From an uncultured Bacteroidales bacterium (lineage in GTDB: Bacteria; Bacteroidota; Bacteroidia; Bacteroidales; UBA10428), in contig CAWGGG010000004.1 in assembly GCA_963822145.1 (NCBI GenBank), positions 1,186,832-1,250,831 of the forward strand: 64,000 nt of DNA, in the 5' to 3' direction. Shown here one piece after another: positions 38,987 to 48,458 of the stretch; positions within the stretch are counted from its first letter, which is position 1, and the number at the start of each line of letters is the position of its first letter. The translations under genes and the position numbers were made by a program. The notes under the pieces were generated by a model. That model saw nothing but the letters and a program-made list of their open reading frames with translations. It made no database searches and was not told where the DNA came from.

Positions 38987-40852
38987 ATGAAACTGAACGG
39001 AATTGTAAGGAAAATCCATATCTCTATGATACTGGCCGGGCTTACCGGCCTGTTATCGGCAACAGCCTACACCATCGATCAGGTAGATCCGCCAGTTTGG
39101 TGGACCGGGATGCATAATTCTGAATTGATGATCACCATCCATGGAACCCTTATTTCAGACCTTAATCCGGCCATCAGTTATCCCGGCGTCACGGTTAAAA
39201 CCATTATCCGGACTGTCAACCAGAATTACCTGTTCATAACACTGAACCTGGCTGAAAACACCAGGCCGGGTACCATGAAAATTGACCTTTATAAAGGAAG
39301 TAAGCTAACCCTGACCTATTCCTACACACTTAAGGAACGCCTCGCGGGTTCAGCGGAGCGGAAGAGCTTTGGGGTGCAGGATGTTGTCTACCTGCTGATG
39401 CCGGACAGGTTTTCCAATGGAGATCCTTCCAATGATTCAAAGGAAAACCTTGTAGAAAAGGTCAACCGCTACAGCAAAGATGGCAGGCACGGCGGAGATA
39501 TCCAGGGCATCATCAATCACCTGGATTATCTGCAGGATCTTGGCATTACTGCCCTGTGGACCACGCCTTTGCTTGAGGACAACCAGCTGACTTACACATA
39601 CCATACCTATGCCACCACCAATTTTTATAAAATTGACGGCCGATACGGGACCAATGAAGACTATGCAAGGCTTGCTGATGAATGTCACAAACGGGGAATC
39701 AAGCTGATCATGGATCTGGTACCCAACCACTGCGGCAGTGAACACTGGTGGATGAAAGATCTGCCCATGGCCGACTGGGTCCATCAATTCCCTGAATTTA
39801 CCAGGACCAATTATGCAATATCCACCTGGAATGATCCACATGCCTCTCTCTATGACTCCAGACTCACTCAGGATGGCTGGTTTGATGTGACTATGGCCGA
39901 TCTGAACCAGGACAATCCCCTTGTTCTTACTTATTTCAAGCAGTTCGCCATTTTCTGGATTGAATATGCAGGCCTTGACGGATTAAGAGTGGACACCTAC
40001 CCCTATAATAACAAGTGGAAAATAGCCGAATGGACCAAAGCCATCCGCGGGGAATACCCCAACCTGAATATCATGGGTGAATGCTGGCAGCATCGTCCCG
40101 CAGAAATTGCCTATTGGCAGTCGGGTGTAAAGAACTTTGATAATTATGACTCCTATCTGCCCACCGTCATGGACTTCCCGCTCAACGATGCCCTCATGAC
40201 TGCCTTCAATGAGAATGTGCAGTATTGGGACCAGGGGGTTTCCCGTTTCTATAACAATTATGTGATGGATTATTTATATGCTGATCCTTATAACATTCTG
40301 GTTTTTCTGGACAACCATGATATGGAAAGATTCTCTGAAAGGATTGGTTTTGATCTGGATAAATACAAACTGGCTGTCACGCATCTGCTAACAACCCGCG
40401 GTATTCCACAGCTTTATTATGGAACCGAGATCTTGATGGGCGGACAGAAAAGTCAGGGTGACGGGGACATCCGGCGGGACTTTCCGGGCGGCTGGACGGG
40501 TGATACCCGGAATGCTTTTACATTGGCCGGAAGAACAACTGCGGAAAATGAAGCTTTCAATTATCTGAAAAGCCTGCTGCATTACAGGAAAACAAACCCG
40601 GTACTTCAATCAGGAAGAATGGTTCAGTTCATACCCCGTGATAATGTTTATGTTTATTTCAGAATGAATACCAGTAAAACAGTAATGGTGGTATTGAATA
40701 ATTCCGATGTTCAGCGGTCACTCAATATGGAAATATTTGAAGAATGTTTACAGGGAAGGCGATCGGGAAAAGACATCATGACCAGTAATACCCTGGATCT
40801 TAATAATCTCATGATTGATGGTAAAAAGGCTCTTATCATGGAATTACCATAA
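38987..40852 (+). CDS. GH13 alpha-amylase family enzyme (SusA-like neopullulanase/cyclomaltodextrinase), secreted
   Basis: Signal peptide. GH13 regions are DLVPNHCG (I), GLRVDTYPY (II), MGECW (III) and FLDNHDMERF (IV). Confidence 0.9.
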   Translation: MKLNGIVRKIHISMILAGLTGLLSATAYTIDQVDPPVWWTGMHNSELMITIHGTLISDLNPAISYPGVTVKTIIRTVNQNYLFITLNLAENTRPGTMKIDLYKGSKLTLTYSYTLKERLAGSAERKSFGVQDVVYLLMPDRFSNGDPSNDSKENLVEKVNRYSKDGRHGGDIQGIINHLDYLQDLGITALWTTPLLEDNQLTYTYHTYATTNFYKIDGRYGTNEDYARLADECHKRGIKLIMDLVPNHCGSEHWWMKDLPMADWVHQFPEFTRTNYAISTWNDPHASLYDSRLTQDGWFDVTMADLNQDNPLVLTYFKQFAIFWIEYAGLDGLRVDTYPYNNKWKIAEWTKAIRGEYPNLNIMGECWQHRPAEIAYWQSGVKNFDNYDSYLPTVMDFPLNDALMTAFNENVQYWDQGVSRFYNNYVMDYLYADPYNILVFLDNHDMERFSERIGFDLDKYKLAVTHLLTTRGIPQLYYGTEILMGGQKSQGDGDIRRDFPGGWTGDTRNAFTLAGRTTAENEAFNYLKSLLHYRKTNPVLQSGRMVQFIPRDNVYVYFRMNTSKTVMVVLNNSDVQRSLNMEIFEECLQGRRSGKDIMTSNTLDLNNLMIDGKKALIMELP

Positions 40853-40968
40853 TGACAAGCAGCATCAGTGGTTAACCCTCAGCTGCCCGGCGCAGTTTGT
40901 AACTGCACCGAACTTGCTAAATAATCAATAAACTTAAAAGAAACTTGAAAATTAACGGAGATAAAATC

Positions 40969-42204
40969 ATGAACTACACCCCACGTAACCTGATCAAAAC
41001 AGTTGTATTGCTTTCGCTTAGCTTTACAGCAATCCTGCCGATGACATCTCAGGAAGCCGCCAGGCCCGCCGCTCCAACGGCCCGGCCTGCCTTTCGTATG
41101 CCCAGTATTATTGTTTCACCTGAGGTTCTGACCGACAATAAAGTAACCTTCAGGATAATGGCACCACAGGCCACTAATGTGGCTGTCAGTGGTGAATGGA
41201 TGCCTGGCTTTGGCACCGTTGAATCCATGGCAAAAAATGATACCGGTTTATGGACATTGACAGTAGGACCGTTGCAGCCGGAATTATACGGCTATGCCTT
41301 TTCAGTTGACGGTGTAAGGATGATTGATCCGAATAATGTTCAGGTTCGCCGGGACGGCACCCGTTATGAAAGTTTCTTTATCATACCGGGACTAGAATCT
41401 GATTTATACCTGCAAAAAGAGGATGTGGTTCACGGAACCCTGGCCAAACGATGGTACAAATCTGAAGTCCTTGGTATTAACCGCCGCCTGTATGTATATA
41501 CTCCGGCGGGATATGAGACGGGGACTCAAATATACCCGGTCTTTTATTTGTTGCATGGTGCCGGTGGCGATGAAGATGCCTGGACCACAATGGGCCGAGC
41601 GGTTCAGATCATGGATAATCTTATTGCCAAAGGCAAAGCCCGGCCCATGATCGTTGTTATGACCAATGGCAATGCCAATCAGTCAGGAGCCCAGAACGAT
41701 ATACCACTGCCTGCAAGCCAAAGGCAGATGGGAATGGCCGATTACATGAAGCTCGCCGGCAAATTTGAAGAAAGTTTCGTCAAAGATGTTGTTCCCTTTA
41801 TTGAAAAAAACTACAGAACATATTCCGATAAGGACCACCGTGCGATTGCCGGACTATCAATGGGCGGAGCACATACCCAGACCATTACGAATAACAATCC
41901 CGGCATGTTCAGCTATATTGGGGTATTCAGCATGGGGATCATGAATTTCGGACTCCAGCAACAGGATGCCGCTAAACTTGCAGAGGAAAGAGATATAAAA
42001 ATCGAGGCCCTGAAGAGCAGCGGTTATAAACTATACTGGATAGGATGCGGGAAGGATGACTTTTTATTCGGAAGCGTTATTGATCTCAGGAATACCCTGG
42101 ATAAACAGAATTTTAAATATACCTACCGAGAAAGCACCGGCGGTCATACCTGGGCCAACTGGAGGATTTACCTTTCAGAGTTCGCACCTCTGTTGTTTAA
42201 ATAG
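40969..42204 (+). CDS. Secreted esterase (esterase-D/CE1-like alpha/beta hydrolase with an N-terminal Ig-like/CBM48-like domain)
   Basis: Signal peptide, nucleophile elbow IAGLSMGGAH, and HGAGGDEDAW. Start at the ATG at 40969 (track start 40945 is TTG). Confidence 0.8.
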   Translation: MNYTPRNLIKTVVLLSLSFTAILPMTSQEAARPAAPTARPAFRMPSIIVSPEVLTDNKVTFRIMAPQATNVAVSGEWMPGFGTVESMAKNDTGLWTLTVGPLQPELYGYAFSVDGVRMIDPNNVQVRRDGTRYESFFIIPGLESDLYLQKEDVVHGTLAKRWYKSEVLGINRRLYVYTPAGYETGTQIYPVFYLLHGAGGDEDAWTTMGRAVQIMDNLIAKGKARPMIVVMTNGNANQSGAQNDIPLPASQRQMGMADYMKLAGKFEESFVKDVVPFIEKNYRTYSDKDHRAIAGLSMGGAHTQTITNNNPGMFSYIGVFSMGIMNFGLQQQDAAKLAEERDIKIEALKSSGYKLYWIGCGKDDFLFGSVIDLRNTLDKQNFKYTYRESTGGHTWANWRIYLSEFAPLLFK

Positions 42205-42234
42205 CCGGGTATTCATTAAGATCGTTTTCAGGGA

Positions 42235-42280
42235 GACACCCCGACGGGGTCCCCCCACCCCGTCGGGGTGTCGTCTTTTT
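42235..42280 (+). terminator. Strong rho-independent terminator
   Basis: 16-bp perfect GC-rich stem GACACCCCGACGGGGT / ACCCCGTCGGGGTGTC followed by GTCTTTTT. Confidence 0.85.
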
Positions 42281-42333
42281 AGTTTACCTTTTACCTTTTT
42301 TTATATCTTTATTCGCATTCAAAACAACCAGTC

Positions 42334-43095
42334 ATGATAAAAGCAAAATCCCTAGCAGCCTTGATACTTTTTCAGATAATGTTCAGCAGCATTATTGCAG
42401 CGCAGGACAACACTCAAAAACCAACTCCCGAACAGATTGAGGCCTGGAAAAAGGCCGATATGGAACGACTTCAAAATGACTGGGCCAATCTGGCTCGCTT
42501 TCGTGAAGATAACGAGAAGATTGCCACTGCCGTTCCAAATGAAAACAGGATCGTTTTTATGGGGAACTCCATCACTGAAGGCTGGAGCCAGGCAGATCCT
42601 GCTTTTTTCGCCGGTAAACCATATATAAACCGGGGTATCAGCGGACAAACCACGCCCCAGATGCTCATCCGTTTCAGGTCCGATGTAATTAATCTGAAAC
42701 CGGCAGTAGTGGTAATTCTCGCGGGCATAAATGATATTGCCGGAAATACAGGTCCAAGTACACTGGAGATGATAGAAGGCAATCTGGCCTCCATGGTTGA
42801 ACTGGCCAGGGCAAATGGTATCCGAGTAGTGTTGTCTTCCGTTCTCCCGGCATATGATTTCCCCTGGCGACCTGGTCTGCAACCTGCTGAGAAGGTGGTG
42901 AAACTGAATTACTGGATCAAGGCGTTTGCCGAAAATCAGGGTTGTATATACCTGGATTATTTCACCCCCATGGCGGACGAAAAGCATGCCCTCAGAGCAG
43001 AATACACTTACGATGGTGTTCATCCCAATCTCACCGGCTACAGGATAATGGAGCCTCTGGTTGAAGAAGCCATTCAGAAAGCCCTCGTCCCATGA
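42334..43095 (+). CDS. SGNH/GDSL-family hydrolase (acetylesterase-like), secreted
   Basis: Blocks I (FMGNSITEGW), II (GISGQT), III (LAGINDI) and V (DGVHPN). Signal peptide present. Confidence 0.85.
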   Translation: MIKAKSLAALILFQIMFSSIIAAQDNTQKPTPEQIEAWKKADMERLQNDWANLARFREDNEKIATAVPNENRIVFMGNSITEGWSQADPAFFAGKPYINRGISGQTTPQMLIRFRSDVINLKPAVVVILAGINDIAGNTGPSTLEMIEGNLASMVELARANGIRVVLSSVLPAYDFPWRPGLQPAEKVVKLNYWIKAFAENQGCIYLDYFTPMADEKHALRAEYTYDGVHPNLTGYRIMEPLVEEAIQKALVP

Positions 43096-44543
43096 CAACT
43101 ATTCTTCTCCACATTTTTTCAGCTGTCCTTTTCATGCTGTATTCCTTTTCACCCGCTGAGGTTCCTCCGCCCGAGCCGGTTTATCCTTTACCTTCGCAGG
43201 CGCAACTTGCCTGGCACGAAATGGAGATGAATGCCTTCATCCATTTTACCATCAACACCTTTACCGACCTGGAATGGGGTATGGGCAGCGAATCTCCGGC
43301 TCTTTTCAATCCTCATCAGGCCGATCCTGAACAATGGGTTACCGTCCTCCGTGAAACCGGATTCAAAGGTGTTATACTCACCTGTAAGCATCATGACGGA
43401 TTCTGCCTTTGGCCGAGTGCCTTCACGGAACACTCTGTAAAGAACAGCCCCTTTCAGGAAGGAAAAGGTGATCTGGTAAAGGATTTATCTACTGCGTGCC
43501 AGCAAAACGGACTGAAATTCGGGGTCTATCTTTCGCCTTGGGACAGAAATCATGCCCGATATGGTATGCCTGAATACATTACCTATTATCGAAATCAGCT
43601 CAAAGAGCTTTTCACCCAATATGGCCCGGTTTTCGAAATGTGGTTCGATGGTGCAAACGGCGGAACCGGCTATTATGGTGGCGCCAATGAAAAACGATCC
43701 ATTGACGGCAGAAATTACTATGATTGGCCAAAAACGCTTGATCTGGTCAGAAGCCTTCAACCCGATGTCATTTTTTTCAGCGATGCCGGACCCGGTGTAC
43801 GGTGGGTTGGCAATGAACGCGGCATTGCCGGTGAAACAAACTGGTCCTGTATCACTCCCGATACCCTTTATGCCGGCAAACCGGGTATTGAGAAACTTTT
43901 AAACGAGGGGGACGAGAACGGGACCTCCTGGATACCTGCTGAAACCGATGTTTCTATACGACCAGGCTGGTTTTACCATGAAAAGGAGAACTCCAGGGTT
44001 AAATCCCCTGCAGCGCTTTTCGAGATCTACCTTACCTCAGTAGGAAGGGGTTCCTTGTTGCTGTTGAATGTTCCGCCCGACAAAAGGGGCCTCATACATG
44101 AAAATGATATAAAATCACTCCGGGGATTTCGTGAACTGCTGGACAGGGAATTTAAGACCAACCTGGCCGACCATGCCCTGATATCTGCCAGCACTGTCAG
44201 AGGCGGAGCCTCCCGTTATGGAGCAGACAAGGTGAATGACGGCAACAAGGAGACTTATTGGGCAACCGATGATAATCTTGCAACAGGAACCCTTGAAATA
44301 GATTTCGGTACAGTGAAAACCCTGAATTATATTCTGTTACAGGAGTACATCAAGCTGGGCCAGCGGGTCAAATCCTTCAATATCGAGGTGCTTAGAAATG
44401 GAAAATGGGAAAGGGCAGCTGAAGCAACCACCATTGGCTACAAAAGGATCCTGAGAATCAAACCGGTTGAAACTTCAAGGGTGAGAATCAATATTACAGC
44501 ATCCAGGGCTTGTCCGTTGATTTCGAATGTGGAAATATTTTAG
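43092..44543 (+). CDS. Alpha-L-fucosidase (GH29) with a C-terminal F5/8 type C (discoidin) domain
   Basis: CKHHDGFCLWPS and SPWDRN motifs. The C-terminal NDGNKETYWATDD indicates a discoidin domain. The start overlaps the SGNH stop (ATGA). Confidence 0.9.
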   Translation: MTTILLHIFSAVLFMLYSFSPAEVPPPEPVYPLPSQAQLAWHEMEMNAFIHFTINTFTDLEWGMGSESPALFNPHQADPEQWVTVLRETGFKGVILTCKHHDGFCLWPSAFTEHSVKNSPFQEGKGDLVKDLSTACQQNGLKFGVYLSPWDRNHARYGMPEYITYYRNQLKELFTQYGPVFEMWFDGANGGTGYYGGANEKRSIDGRNYYDWPKTLDLVRSLQPDVIFFSDAGPGVRWVGNERGIAGETNWSCITPDTLYAGKPGIEKLLNEGDENGTSWIPAETDVSIRPGWFYHEKENSRVKSPAALFEIYLTSVGRGSLLLLNVPPDKRGLIHENDIKSLRGFRELLDREFKTNLADHALISASTVRGGASRYGADKVNDGNKETYWATDDNLATGTLEIDFGTVKTLNYILLQEYIKLGQRVKSFNIEVLRNGKWERAAEATTIGYKRILRIKPVETSRVRINITASRACPLISNVEIF

Positions 44544-44620
44544 GATCATGAAAAAAATCCGGAAAACCCATTGAGTTGGCGGAAAATTTAGGGCAGACAC
44601 AAAGTCCTGACACTGAAAAA

Positions 44621-45571
44621 TCAAATCATTTTTTCGATTGACCTTCGGATATTCTGTTCAATTCTGTTCATTACATCGGAAACATCGGTTCGCGGGAATT
44701 TCTCTCCGATGATATTTTCATACAATTCGATGTATCGCTCCGAGATCTGATTTACAAAGGCATCCGTCATTTCCGGAACCACCTGGCCTTCCTTGCCCTG
44801 AAAATTATTTTCGATCAGCCACTGCCGGACAAATTCTTTGGAAAGCTGCTTCTGCTGCTCACCTTTTTTTAACCGTTCTTCATAACCCCTGGCGTAAAAG
44901 TACCTGGAGGAATCCGGTGTATTGATTTCATCAATAAGGTAGATTTTGCCATCTTTCTGACCAAATTCATATTTGGTATCAACCAATATGAGACCCTTGG
45001 ATGCAGCTATTTGAGTACCCTTCTCGAAAAGCCTCCTAGTATATTGTTCCAGCAGGGTATATTCATTTTCCGGGACAAGTCCGGAACCGATTATCTCCTC
45101 CCTGGATATATCAAGATCATGCCCGGCATCAGCTTTGGTAGTGGGTGTAATAATGGGTTCCGGGAAATTCTGGTTTTCGACCATACCTTCGGGCATGGCC
45201 ACTCCGCTCAACGTACGTTTTCCTGCTTTGTATTCCCGCCAGGCATGCCCTGTGAGGTATCCGCGGATCACCATTTCCACTTTGTACGGTGCGGCAAAAT
45301 GACCAATTGTAACCATCGGATCGGGACTTGCTATTTTCCAGTTGGGAACGATATCAGCAGTAGCATCGAGAAATTTTGAAGCAATCTGGTTCAAAACCTG
45401 TCCCTTATAAGGAATCCCCCTCGGCAGAACCACGTCAAAGGCTGAAATACGGTCAGTTACCACCATTACAAGATACTTTCCGTCGATGTTATATACATCC
45501 CTGACTTTGCCAACATACAGGCCTCTTTGCTTTGGAAAATTGAAATTTGTTTTTGTAATTGCTTGACTCAT
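44621..45571 (-). CDS. purC: Phosphoribosylaminoimidazole-succinocarboxamide synthase (long form)
   Basis: 316 aa with GKVRDVY, DRISAFD and [11 protein letters not shown] motifs. Confidence 0.95.
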   Translation of the reverse strand: MSQAITKTNFNFPKQRGLYVGKVRDVYNIDGKYLVMVVTDRISAFDVVLPRGIPYKGQVLNQIASKFLDATADIVPNWKIASPDPMVTIGHFAAPYKVEMVIRGYLTGHAWREYKAGKRTLSGVAMPEGMVENQNFPEPIITPTTKADAGHDLDISREEIIGSGLVPENEYTLLEQYTRRLFEKGTQIAASKGLILVDTKYEFGQKDGKIYLIDEINTPDSSRYFYARGYEERLKKGEQQKQLSKEFVRQWLIENNFQGKEGQVVPEMTDAFVNQISERYIELYENIIGEKFPRTDVSDVMNRIEQNIRRSIEKMI

Positions 45572-45690
45572 ATTCTTTTGTTATAAGTTATCCATCTGTT
45601 TTCCGGGTCAGGTGTAAAGATACCAAAACTGTTGTATTGTTGAAAAAATAATAAACCGTTTTTTGATTCAGGGCATTCATCACAGGTACA

Positions 45691-45751
45691 CCCTACTCCC
45701 TTCTCCCTACTTGTCCCCTGTCCCTTGTCCCTTGTCCCTTGTCCCTTGTCC
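45691..45751. repeat. Heptanucleotide tandem repeat (CCCTTGT)n with degenerate C-tract flank; G-rich on the minus strand
   Basis: CCCCTGT, then 4 perfect CCCTTGT units (45715-45749), preceded by CCCTACT CCCTTCT CCCTACT. That gives eight C3+ tracts in 61 nt. It encodes the last 14 codons of phoH. Confidence 0.95.
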
Positions 45752-46687
45752 AATCTCGTATGCATTTACAATATGCCTGACGAGCCGGTGACGGACAATG
45801 TCACCCTTGTCGAACTCAATTACCGAAATGCCCTTAATGTTCTTCAGGTATTCCAGTGCTTTAAGAAGTCCTGACTGCTGTCGTTCCGGCAAATCAATCT
45901 GGGTGATATCTCCCGTAACCACGAACTTAGCGTTCTTTCCCATCCTGGTAAGGAACATTTTCAACTGATTGATGGTAGTATTCTGTCCTTCATCCAATAT
46001 CACAACGGCATCTCCAAGGGTTCGGCCGCGCATAAAAGCCAGCGGGGCAATCTCAATAATTCCCTCCTCAATATATACTTCGAGTTTTTTGTGTGGGATC
46101 ATGTCATGCAAGGCATCATAGAGGGGCTGCAAATATGGATCCAGTTTTTGTTTAACATCGCCGGGAAGGAAACCGAGCTTTTCACCGGCTTCAACCGCCG
46201 GCCTGGTAAGCACGATACGTTTTACTTCCTTATTACGTAACGCCCTTACTGCCAGAGCAATAGCAGTGTATGTTTTGCCCGATCCGGCCGGGCCTATGGC
46301 AAAAATGAGGTCATTCGTACGGTAATCCTCAACCAGTCTTTTCTGATTCACCGACCGGGCCTTAATGATCTTACCGTCATTTCCAAAGATCAGGACATCT
46401 TCATCTCTTTCATTGAAATTGCGAAAAGCATCATCCTCAGTCATGATGATCTTTTCAATATTATCCTCTGTTAAGGCATTCCGCTGCTGCAAGAAATCAA
46501 GGATCCTGTCAATATCGGATTCAAACCGGCTTATTTCATTAGGATCTCCAAGAACCTTAATCTCGTAATCGCGGGCGACTACCTTAAGTTTGGGAAAGTA
46601 AGATTTCAGTTTATCGAGGTTGCGGTTGCCCGGGCCATAAAACGTTTGAGGGTCAACCCCTTCTAAATATACAACCTTTTCAATCAT
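45707..46687 (-). CDS. phoH: PhoH-family ATPase
   Basis: Walker A GPAGSGKTYTA and DEGQN motifs. The C-terminal tail GQGTRDKGQGTGDK is encoded by the heptamer repeat. Confidence 0.9.
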   Translation of the reverse strand: MIEKVVYLEGVDPQTFYGPGNRNLDKLKSYFPKLKVVARDYEIKVLGDPNEISRFESDIDRILDFLQQRNALTEDNIEKIIMTEDDAFRNFNERDEDVLIFGNDGKIIKARSVNQKRLVEDYRTNDLIFAIGPAGSGKTYTAIALAVRALRNKEVKRIVLTRPAVEAGEKLGFLPGDVKQKLDPYLQPLYDALHDMIPHKKLEVYIEEGIIEIAPLAFMRGRTLGDAVVILDEGQNTTINQLKMFLTRMGKNAKFVVTGDITQIDLPERQQSGLLKALEYLKNIKGISVIEFDKGDIVRHRLVRHIVNAYEIGQGTRDKGQGTGDK

Positions 46688-46707
46688 TAATTTTGTAGAA
46701 TATTGCT

Positions 46708-46715
46708 TACATTTG
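46708..46715 (+). promoter_or_regulatory. Candidate -7 box (TACATTTG); a second match, TAATTTTG, is at 46688-46695
   Basis: Two TAnnTTTG matches in the divergent phoH / 46790 intergenic region, 75-100 nt upstream of the ATG at 46790. Confidence 0.35.
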
Positions 46716-46789
46716 AAACATACAAAATAGGATTATTTTTATCACAAAACCTATTCAGTAAGGAAAAAACTGCAATCTGTTTCTGCCCG

Positions 46790-47569
46790 ATGTCAATTGT
46801 TACATTAACCAGTGACTGGAATAAGGATGATTTTTATACAGCTGCATTACAGGGCAGGATTCTCAGTCGTTGTCCGGGTGCGATAATAGTCACCATAACC
46901 AATCAGGTACCTGCCTTCAACATTGCTATCGCAGCATTTCAGCTTAAAAACGCCTGTGGTCATTTTCCTGAAGGAACGATTCACATCATTGCTGTGAACG
47001 GAGAAATGAAGGAAAAACGTCCCTGTGTGGCTTTGAAATCCAAAAACCAATATTTCATAGGTTTTGACAATGGCATTTTCGGCCTTCTGCTTGATGAAGA
47101 GCCCCAGGAAGTAGTTATCATTGCTGACAAGAATTCTTCAAGTTTTCCGGAGCTTACCATATTTGCTGAAGCAGCCTGTGATATAATTATTGCAGAGGGA
47201 TTAAGTAGTCTGGGCGCCGATTATAGCCAGTTGTACAAACAGGTGCCCATGCTTCCGACCATTGATGAATCCGTTATCAGCGGAAGCATTATCTATATTG
47301 ATTCCTATAGAAACGGCTTTACCAATATAAGCCATGAACTTTTTGATCAGATTGGTAAAGGCAGACCCTTTGAAATTTTCGTACAAAGCAATCACAATAA
47401 GATCGACCGGTTAAATGAATGGTACGGTGAGTCATCCCTGGGTGAGATGCTGGCCCTGTTTAACTCGTTAGGTTTGCTTGAAATTGCCATTAACGGAGGC
47501 AATGCTGCAGATCTCCTGAATCTTTCACTGAATTCATCGGTGCGGGTCAAATTCAGAGAAGCCAATTAA
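46790..47569 (+). CDS. SAM hydroxide adenosyltransferase / SAM-dependent chlorinase-fluorinase family (DUF62) protein
   Basis: N-terminus MSIVTLTSDWNKDDFY resembles the family's (I/V)xLxTDFG..D.Y start. About 260 aa, two-domain size. Start moved to the ATG at 46790. Confidence 0.65.
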   Translation: MSIVTLTSDWNKDDFYTAALQGRILSRCPGAIIVTITNQVPAFNIAIAAFQLKNACGHFPEGTIHIIAVNGEMKEKRPCVALKSKNQYFIGFDNGIFGLLLDEEPQEVVIIADKNSSSFPELTIFAEAACDIIIAEGLSSLGADYSQLYKQVPMLPTIDESVISGSIIYIDSYRNGFTNISHELFDQIGKGRPFEIFVQSNHNKIDRLNEWYGESSLGEMLALFNSLGLLEIAINGGNAADLLNLSLNSSVRVKFREAN

Positions 47570-47596
47570 TATACTCGTTTAAAGCTGGCATTTAAG

Positions 47597-48385
47597 ATGC
47601 ATGACAAGAAAGACAAATTAGAATCGCTGGGAAGGCTGCTTGATATCATGGATGAATTGCGGAGCAAATGTCCATGGGACCGTGAACAAACTTTCGAAAG
47701 CATCAGGAATAACACGATTGAGGAAACTTATGAGCTGGCTGATGCCATATTGCAGAATGATCTGAACCACATTAAAAAGGAGTTGGGCGACTTGCTTCTC
47801 CATATTGTTTTTTATTCCAAAATGGGATCTGAAACGGGTGCATTTGATATTAAAGATGTGGCAGATGCCATCTCGGAAAAGCTGGTTTTCAGACATCCGC
47901 ATGTTTTTGGAGATACCGATGTCAGGGACAACCCGGAAATAGTCAAAAAGAACTGGGAAGAACTTAAGATAAAGGAAGGTAATCATTCTGTCTTGGGGGG
48001 AGTGCCGGAATCCTTACCGGCACTTATCAAAGCCAACCGGATACAGGAAAAAGCCAGGGCTGTTGGCTTTGATTGGGATAAGAGGGAACAGGTATGGGAT
48101 AAAGTGGAAGAGGAATTGCACGAGTTGAAAACAGAGATTAACAGGATGGACAAGGAAAAAATGGCGCTTGAATTCGGTGATCTCTTTTTCTCCCTGGTCA
48201 ATGCGGCGCGTTTGTATGATGTTGACCCGGAAACAGCCCTTGAGCGGACCAACCGCAAATTTATTCACCGGTTCAACTTTCTTGAATCGAAAACACTCAA
48301 GCAGGGAAGGAAACTCAAGGAAATGACCCTGGATGAAATGAATGAAATCTGGGAGCAAGCGAAAAAAGAAGAAAATATGAAGTAA
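47597..48385 (+). CDS. mazG: Nucleoside triphosphate pyrophosphohydrolase MazG (tandem MazG domains)
   Basis: CPWDREQTFESIRNNTIEETYELADAI and a second EELHELKTE..EFGDLFFSLVN EExxE/D motif. Confidence 0.9.
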   Translation: MHDKKDKLESLGRLLDIMDELRSKCPWDREQTFESIRNNTIEETYELADAILQNDLNHIKKELGDLLLHIVFYSKMGSETGAFDIKDVADAISEKLVFRHPHVFGDTDVRDNPEIVKKNWEELKIKEGNHSVLGGVPESLPALIKANRIQEKARAVGFDWDKREQVWDKVEEELHELKTEINRMDKEKMALEFGDLFFSLVNAARLYDVDPETALERTNRKFIHRFNFLESKTLKQGRKLKEMTLDEMNEIWEQAKKEENMK

Positions 48386-48443
48386 GGAGTATGGAGTATG
48401 GAGGATTATTCTTAGTTTTTCATTTTTCACTTTTCGTTTTTCA
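48386..48443. repeat. Two adjacent heptamer tandem repeats: (GGAGTAT)x3 and (TTTTTCA/CTTTTCG)x4
   Basis: GGAGTAT GGAGTAT GGAGGAT at 48386-48406, directly after the mazG stop. TTTTTCA TTTTTCA CTTTTCG TTTTTCA at 48416-48443. Confidence 0.9.
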
Positions 48444-48458
48444 TTAATAACTGATAAT

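Noticed and set aside
42352-43098. 248-aa minus-strand ORF almost exactly coextensive with the 253-aa plus-strand ORF
   Set aside because: The coextension is striking, but the plus-strand product carries all SGNH blocks (GNSITEGW, GISGQT, GINDI, DGVHPN) and a signal peptide. The minus-strand translation has no recognisable feature. Treated as a shadow ORF, not an overlapping gene.
45568-45765. 65-aa minus-strand ORF (MHTRLDKGQGTRDKGQGTSREKG..)
   Set aside because: Its sequence is just another reading frame of the heptamer array, continuing into the purC upstream region and overlapping the purC start. It is a repeat artefact.
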